NCBI GenBank assembly: GCA_964016885.1
Contig: OZ024740.1
Coordinates: forward strand, 404,116,001-404,180,000
Reading direction: 5' to 3'
Source: Eledone cirrhosa
Lineage: Eukaryota
DNA length: 64,000 nucleotides
Every line of letters begins with the position of its first letter. Position 1 is the first letter of the stretch. A program made the position numbers and the translations under genes. The notes below the pieces were generated by a model. The model had not been told where the DNA came from. It saw nothing but the letters and a program-made list of their open reading frames with translations, and searched no databases. Shown here one piece after another: positions 56,624 through 64,000 of this stretch.

Positions 56624-57200
56624 TAAGTATGTATACGTACATACATATATGTATTCAGACGTACAGTAGTATGTATATATATATACATACATGCACACAT
56701 ATATATATATGTGTATGTATGGATTCACCGAACATTTATTATAATGCTCGGTGTGTTTGTAAACAAACATCCCGAATTAAGCCGTACAGTGTCTAGCAAC
56801 CATCGTTGCTCATTTGTTCAACACTGACAAAGGAACGCTGTACTAGTTTCAAGCTTATTAGCTATCGTCAGCAACGTATATCTTCCTGCCAGATGATTGA
56901 ACGCCTGAAAGTATATAATTTCCTTATGCATATTAACGGCTGAGCAGCGTAATTTGCATATCGAGTGTGTTAATCGGCCGGGCGCACCGAAAATGATAAA
57001 CGGAAAAAATGAAACGAAATTTCATCTCTCACTCCTAGTACGGCTGTCACTCAAATATAAGTATGTATACGTACATACAAATATGTATACAGACGTACAG
57101 TAGTATGTATATATATATACATACATGCACACATATATATATGTACGTATGGATTCACCGAACATTTATTATAATGCTCGGTGTGTTTGTAAACAAACAT
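56624..57200 (-). mobile_element. 1.3 copies of a ~430-bp hammerhead-bearing unit (retrozyme-like)
   Basis: 56624-56770 repeated at 57058-57200; ribozyme at 56835-56877. Confidence 0.75.
56835..56877 (-). ncRNA. type I hammerhead ribozyme
   Basis: minus strand acgttg-CTGACGA-t-agct-aata-agct-t-GAAA-ctag-TA-cagcgt. Confidence 0.85.
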
Positions 57201-57405
57201 GTATGTACGTTTCGACGGCTATGTCCAAAAATAGCCGTCGAAACGGCTTGAGCTTTGCCGTCGGGGTCATACTTTTTTCTATTTCCCACTCTACTACCCT
57301 AAGTGTTGAGTACTCTGGTGCGTTATGGTCCATCTGGTTCCTTACCACAATTCTTTTTATATACATACATACATTCAAACATATATTCACAAACATACAT
57401 ATATT

Positions 57406-57501
<96 letters not shown>

Positions 57502-57554
57502 CGGCGATGAATTAGTTTTGCGAGGTTTTTTATATGAAATCGTGTGTCGAAACA

Positions 57555-58018
57555 GATATTGTTATATTTGGGGAGGGTCATATTTGCGTAATATTGCCAG
57601 AATTAATAACAGAACACACTCACTGTTTGGTTGGTTTTCGCTTCTCGCTGTCTTTTATATATATATATCTGCGATCTAACTTACTCGGTCCTCAATGTTG
57701 CCATTGACTGACCGGCGGTCAAAAATAATACAGATACAATATAGACAAACACATATATATATAGTTTACATAAATCTTTCGTTGCACATCTGCAACATCG
57801 TCAGTGGTGTTATATTCATTGTTCCTCCTGTTGTGTTGTATGTCTACGCCATTTTTTTTTTGACCGCCGGTCAGTCAATGGCAACATTGAGGACCGAGTA
57901 AGTTAGATCGCAGATATATATATATAAAAGACAGCGAGAAGCGAAAACCAACCAAACAGTGAGTGTGTTCTGTTATTAATTCTGGCAATATTACGCAAAT
58001 ATGACCCTCCCCAAATAT

Positions 58019-58024
<6 letters not shown>
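57555..58024. mobile_element. fold-back copy of the 5110-5670 family, hammerhead core on the minus strand at ~57772-57806
   Basis: 57558-57725 is inverted at 57856-58024. Confidence 0.8.
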
Positions 58025-58061
<37 letters not shown>

Positions 58062-58098
58062 TATGTTTGTGTGTATGGAAATATATTTTCATAGAGAG

Positions 58099-58231
<133 letters not shown>

Positions 58232-58832
58232 ATACATATACATACAATAAACACATAATATATACACACGCACACACATATACGATACGAAATATGAAGA
58301 TAAGGGAATTGCAATTAACTGAAAAAAAAGTGAAAGAAACTTGAAGACAATTTCCCTTGGGATTGAATTAAAACAACTTGAGAGTTCATGATATGATCAC
58401 TAGCTCCTAATTGCAACACATTCTTCACAATTTAGTTTTGTTGACTCTAACTGACCGGATGATTTATCTATATCTTGACCGCAAATAAGGTCACGAGTTT
58501 GTATCCGCTTTTCCCGTTTGAGGTGGGTAGGTCCATCTGGCAACTCAACATGTTATGATGTTAAGAACTCCATGTTCTTTATGCCAAGCTTATCGCTTTG
58601 CCGGCAAACTGCCGCCGCCACCACCGCCACCAGCAACACGATTGACCAAATACTAGGCATTTACTAACTGATTCCTTTTTATTTTGTGGTGATGGTGGAG
58701 GTGGTGATGATGGTGATGGTGGTGATGGTGTGGTGGTGATCATTGTGGTCGTCGATGTCAGGGTGGTGATGGTGTTTAACCTCAGGTCAACCCTAATCAA
58801 GAATGCTTTTCAGGAATAAGTATTTAGCGCCA

Positions 58833-59251
58833 TTTGGCAGTATCGGTAGAGGATTGGACACCATGCTTTACAGCATAGTTACGTCCCTTTATGATCTGAG
58901 TTCAAATCCCGCCGAGGTTAGCTTTGTTTTTCATCCTTACGGGGGTCGATAAAATAAAGTACCAGTCACGCACTTGGGTCTATTTAATCGACTTTCTCCT
59001 CTCCCAAAATTGTTGGCCTTGTTTCTTGTTCCTTAACCAGAAACCATTATTTAACGTGAGAGGCGGTGAATTGGCAGTATCGGTAGAGGGTCGGACGCCA
59101 TGCTTTCCAGCCTAGTTACGTCCCATTACGGTCTGAGTTCAAATCCCGTCGAGGTTAACTTTGTCTTTCATCCTTACGGGGTCGCTAAATAAAGTACCAG
59201 TAATGCACTGGGATAATTGCTGGCCTTGTGCCAAAAGTAGAAACAATTATT
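58833..59251 (+). mobile_element. two tandem tRNA-derived SINEs
   Basis: A/B boxes; duplicated attatttaacgtg at 59046 and 59246. Confidence 0.85.
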
Positions 59252-59868
59252 TAACGTGTATTCTGCCTATTTAGGACACAATAGTGCGATTTGGCAGCTA
59301 TTTCTATGAAGTAGTTTTAACACATAGAGGCTCAATTATTGGCTCGATTCTCCTGTTAATCTGATGTCTTTTAGGCAGTGTACGAATAACTGAAAAATGT
59401 TGCGTATAAATATATTGTCTAATTCGACTTTTTAAGGAGTAATCAATTTCTCGGAGGTCCATTTTCCGTTGTTAGGTGACGTTGTGTCGGAAAACTTGAA
59501 TAAAAGAGCGCTTGACTGGTTAAAGAACGTTGCCAGTCTTCCACGAGGGTGATGTGTGAAGAATATGCAGTACATTTTAATTACTTCCTATACTTTTCTT
59601 CCTTCCTTATATATTAACTCCTTTTTTTGGTTGCTTTCCTTTCTACTTCCGTCATATAAATTACTTTCGGATCTGTTTTCCCAGCACATGTTGAAAAGTT
59701 TGTCTTGCCAACGTAACGCGCGTTCCTGTTAAGTTTTCGTTGTAGTACTGGTCCCAGCCCATCCTGTTGTTATGGCAACAAAGTTTAACTAAGCCGAAAC
59801 ATAATACAAAAAACAGCAACAACAACATTAGCAATCCAAGTTACTTCAAAAAGTAGACATCAATCTAA

Positions 59869-59985
59869 TAATTATTTCTACTTTAGGCACAAGGCCAGCA
59901 AATACCCAGTACATTACTGGTACTTTATTTTATCGACCCCGTAAGGATGAAAGGCAAAGTTAACCTCGGCGAGATTTGAACTCAA
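59869..59985 (-). mobile_element. truncated SINE
   Basis: reverse complement of the SINE core and tail. Confidence 0.75.
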
Positions 59986-60429
59986 AACGAAACAAAAATA
60001 ATAACAATAAAAAGCAGCCACGGACATCAAACAAATACAATGACACCCACGCCATCGCCACCACCACCATTGGCACAGGTGCATTTGAAGAAAATAACAA
60101 TTTATAAAAAAAGGATAATAATGATTTCATCATAAGCTACACATGGCTCACATTAAGAAAACATTAAAGACGGTACAAAAATCCTTAATAGTAATAAGGA
60201 CAATAAGTGTTATGTAAATTGCCATAAATCTAATAATGGTGTCGCGTTAAAAACATTAGTATTAGTGCAACCTTAAATTCTCTAATCCTCTTTATAAGTA
60301 CCTAAATAGTTCAAATAGTGGTGAAAAGGAGGATGGAACTTCATGTCAAGAGCTCTCACCCGGAAAATGCTCTTTGGCCCAGCAGCAGGGATATGATTGT
60401 CATCCAAATACTGCTGGTTTGGGGGGGGG

Positions 60430-62170
60430 TGAAGGAACGAAGCAAGAACCAACTGGACGAAGAAATTGAATAAAACTAGAATGAAATGTTATCTGAAAAG
60501 TGATCCCACTCAGAAAGTTTATAGGAAATTAATGCATATCTGGAACAATATTGGTCTACTTAAATTAGGTTAAAAGCTAGCGGGCCAGCCTCGTGTAATA
60601 AGAACTAATGGATGGATAAGAGAGTTGGAATTGGAGGAACTGAGTAGAGAGATTAAGTTGGAAATGGAAAGTAGAGTAGATCAGGCAAATGAGTCTGTAG
60701 AAAGCTGAGTGAATCAGACAAATGAGCCAGTAGAAAATGAGGGTGAAATGGTTGGAAGGCTTGAGGAATTAATCGACGAAAAAATGATCTAATCGTTGAG
60801 ATAAATAACGAACTGGGAAGAAGAAAGCTTACCATCAATCACTTCATCTTCATGGACGACCTAAAACTCTACGGGGAGAGCGATAAGGTGTTGTATGTAC
60901 TTGTTAACACTGTTCCTATTTTCAAGAATGATATATGTGCGGAATTTGCTGTTAATAAGTGTGGAGTATTAGTGATGAGAAGTTAATTGAAAGGAAGCAA
61001 AGGAATCGAGATACCAGCGGCTGAGATGATAAAGGAGATCAACACCGAAGAAAGATATATGAATGTAGATGTTATGGGGGCAGATAACATCAAGGACAAT
61101 AAAATGAAGATGATAAGATCTGAATACATAAGGAGAGTAAGGAACATACTAAAATCACACTTGAATAGTAGAAATGCCATAAGTGCAGTAAATTTCCGAA
61201 CTGTGTTTATTATTAGGTACAGGGTGGTGGTTTGGCAGTATCGGTAGAGGGTCAGACACCATGCTTTGAAGCATAGAGTTACGTCCCTTTATTGTCTGAG
61301 TTCAAATCCCGCCGAGGTTAACTTTGCCTTTCATCCTTACGGGGTCGATAAAATAAAGTACCAGTAATGTACTGGGTAATTACTGGCCTTGTGCCTAAAG
61401 TAGAAACAATTATTAGGTACAGTAGGGCAGCGGATTGGCAGTATCGGTAGGGCGTCGGACAACGTGCTTTGCAGCATAGAGTTACGTCCCTTTATGATCT
61501 GAGTTCAAATCCCACCGGGGTTAATTTTGCTTTTCATCCTTACGGGTCGATAAGATAAAGTACCAGTCATGCACTGGGGTCGATTTAATCGACTTTCCCC
61601 TCTCCCGAAATTGTTGGCCTTGTGCCTATATAAGAAACCATTATTAGGTACAGTGCGGGAATTCTTAATTGGAATATAAACGAGCAAAAAGAACTGAGTA
61701 GAAAGACAAGGAAATTAATGACTACCTACAGTATATAGGTATGAAAAGGCCCTTCATAGCATCTTTTTGAAGAAAACAGAATTCAGTTATCCGCAGACAT
61801 GGAACTGATTAAAGAAAGGGGACCTTAAGAAAGTCCCAGAGAGAATGCCACTGGCTGCACATGAGCAACCCCTTAGAACGAAGTGGATGAAACATCATAT
61901 TGACAAGGAAGATGCTAGTCCATTCTGTAGGATTTGTGGAGAGAAAGAAGAAATTGTGGTTCACAACGTATCCGAGTGTAGACACCTAGCCCCATAAAGG
62001 AAAAAGCCATGATATCACTGGAATTTATACAAACTGAACGATTTACCTCATTCTGAGAAATGGTGTGAACATAAGCCAGAAAACGATCGAGTGAAGCTGC
62101 TGTTGGATAAGCCAGACCTGGTGATTTTTGACAAGTAAAAAAGATGTTGCTTGATTATAGAAGTAATTAT
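60430..62170 (+). pseudogene. degenerate R4/Dong-like LINE (RT to RLE) interrupted by two SINEs
   Basis: INHFIFMDDLKLYG, EFAVNKCG, AAHEQPLRT, CRICGEKEEIVVHNVSEC, KPDLVIFDK. Confidence 0.8.
61223..61645 (+). mobile_element. two tandem tRNA-derived SINEs
   Basis: target attattaggtacag present three times (61209, 61409, 61640). Confidence 0.9.
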
Positions 62171-64000
62171 TCAGATCATATATATATATGTGTGTGGGTG
62201 TATGCGTGTGTGTGTGAGCGCGCGCACGTGCGGCTGATGTGTGTGCGCGTGCGTTTGCGTCTGTGTGTGTGTGTAGAAATTCTTTATAAATATAAAGTTA
62301 GATATATTGCAAGAGAATGAAATAAGACATCCATCCCTATAACATTAATGTTTGAAAAAGCGTGCGAATTTACTAGGAACTGATATTTAAGGGTAATAAT
62401 ATATAGAAAATATTTTGGATAGACAGGTTTCAAATATTTAGACGAAATTGTAATGTCAAGCACACACATCTTAACTTATGATGTCATCAAGTATTTTATT
62501 TTTTATCTAGCGACTCATTTATCTTTAGGTCATTTTCCTATTTGGTGTGAGATTTCCTGTCAACAGAGTAACGGTGCAATTTAGTAAACATACATTGACA
62601 CTGTTTAATAACTAGGAAAATGCCAGTAAATATCAACATTCAAAAGTTCTTATTTTATACCTAAATACATTGAAATTATGTTTGGGTTTTTCTTGTTATT
62701 TTGTATTAAAACGGTTAGGATTATTTGCAAACGTTACAAGAACACTTATTTTAATGTTGTTATCTTTTGACATTTTCACATTTAAATTATTTTAGTAGTT
62801 TGCTGCTCTATCGTCGGATGCTTGAAGAATGAAAGAGTTTCTGACATAAATTGTTTGTTTGGGCAAGCTTTTATTCACAAAACAACGAGAGAACCTCTAC
62901 ATAGTCACCCAGTTTTCCACAAATCTTACCTTTTTCCTCTTACAAAAGGTAGCAGTAATTAAATAGTGGGATTCTATACAAGCTGTATTTCATTAGAAAA
63001 TGGGAGGATAATGAATGGAACACATTTGATCGAATGTTTGTTAGATCAGGTCTTATCTGGAGTCAAACAAACAACGTCAGCAAGTATGGTGCAACAGTTC
63101 AATCAGACTTCGAATCTAATCAGCAAACTCGGATTTCTGGAATATTAACACCAACCTCCGAACTCACACGCACACCCACACACAAATTAAAACACCACCG
63201 TACACAAAATAAAAGTGATAGGTCTATTTACAGTAATATCAGAAATGTCTCGTGTTTTTTGTTTTCTGAAAACATTCTGTCTGAAAATTATATTAATAAT
63301 ATCAGAATTAGCAGTAACTGAACTTAAAGTTCAAGAACATTCCAAGGTCAAAAACAAAATTGTATAATGGCACTGAGGTTGTCATCAGAGGTTTAACAGT
63401 GTATAACATATGTATAATATATATCTCTATAGCTGGAAAAAAGTGGCCAGCAGCCACTACGAAGAATCGAACTCCGTACCTCTCAAATTCCGGCTGAGAG
63501 GTACGGATTTTCTAATGTATTATTTATAGCTATTGACTGTAGTTATGGTTATTTTCTGCGTTTGAGATTTCTACATTTTCTAAGAATTTCAATCCACTCA
63601 TATATATATATGTGTGTGTGTGTGTAACAAACCATTTATTTATTAGAACACTGATTTAGTGCGATATCTCAATTATCTACGTGACATATTGCTCATAAAA
63701 TATATCATGGACATAAGCCATAAAAATATAATAATATAGTAATATTTTGGTAAATGTTTATATCAATAACAAATTATGTATGTTGTCAACACAATGTATT
63801 GTTTCAAATAAAATTTTTAGTGAGCGAAATATCTATTTTCACAGATTCTAAATCTGCGAACTATTAGCTTACAACTGAACAGAATATTCATACAACGAAA
63901 TATGTTTGGTTTTATCTATTCTTGTCGTGTCTTAATGATTTTGTCACGAAGTAATGGTACAGAATTTAAGAACAGTAGACAAAAATATTTAGAATTGTTT

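Noticed and set aside
63450-63510. tRNA gene
   Set aside because: Only a B-box-like GAGTTCGATTC and a small inverted repeat on the minus strand; no cloverleaf; probably a SINE remnant

Overview
AT-rich, microsatellite-saturated eukaryotic DNA. The SINE and LINE tails resemble coleoid cephalopod (octopod) repeats, but this is recognition by eye, not a database result. I could not support any intact host protein-coding gene; most ORF-track entries are translations of (TA)n, (TG)n and (TACA)n repeats. The window is a mosaic of mobile DNA. It holds a full-length, pseudogenised 6.6-kb Helitron (TC...hairpin-CTAG, Rep/PIF1 helicase) inserted at an AT site inside a CR1-like LINE. It also holds degenerate RTE, Tx1/L1, R4/Dong-like and CRE-like LINE pieces, tRNA-derived SINEs, a ~610-bp RTE-type non-autonomous element and a 20-copy 59-bp minisatellite. 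The most striking signal is invisible to the ORF track: about 18 intact and 5 mutated type I hammerhead ribozyme cores on both strands, from many unrelated sequence families. Almost all sit near the 3' end of short inserts embedded in (TA)n tracts. Some follow Penelope-type GIY-YIG ORF ends, some lie in tandem or circularly permuted ~370-430-nt units (retrozyme-like), and many are part of fold-back inverted repeats, several of which pivot on ribozyme stem II.
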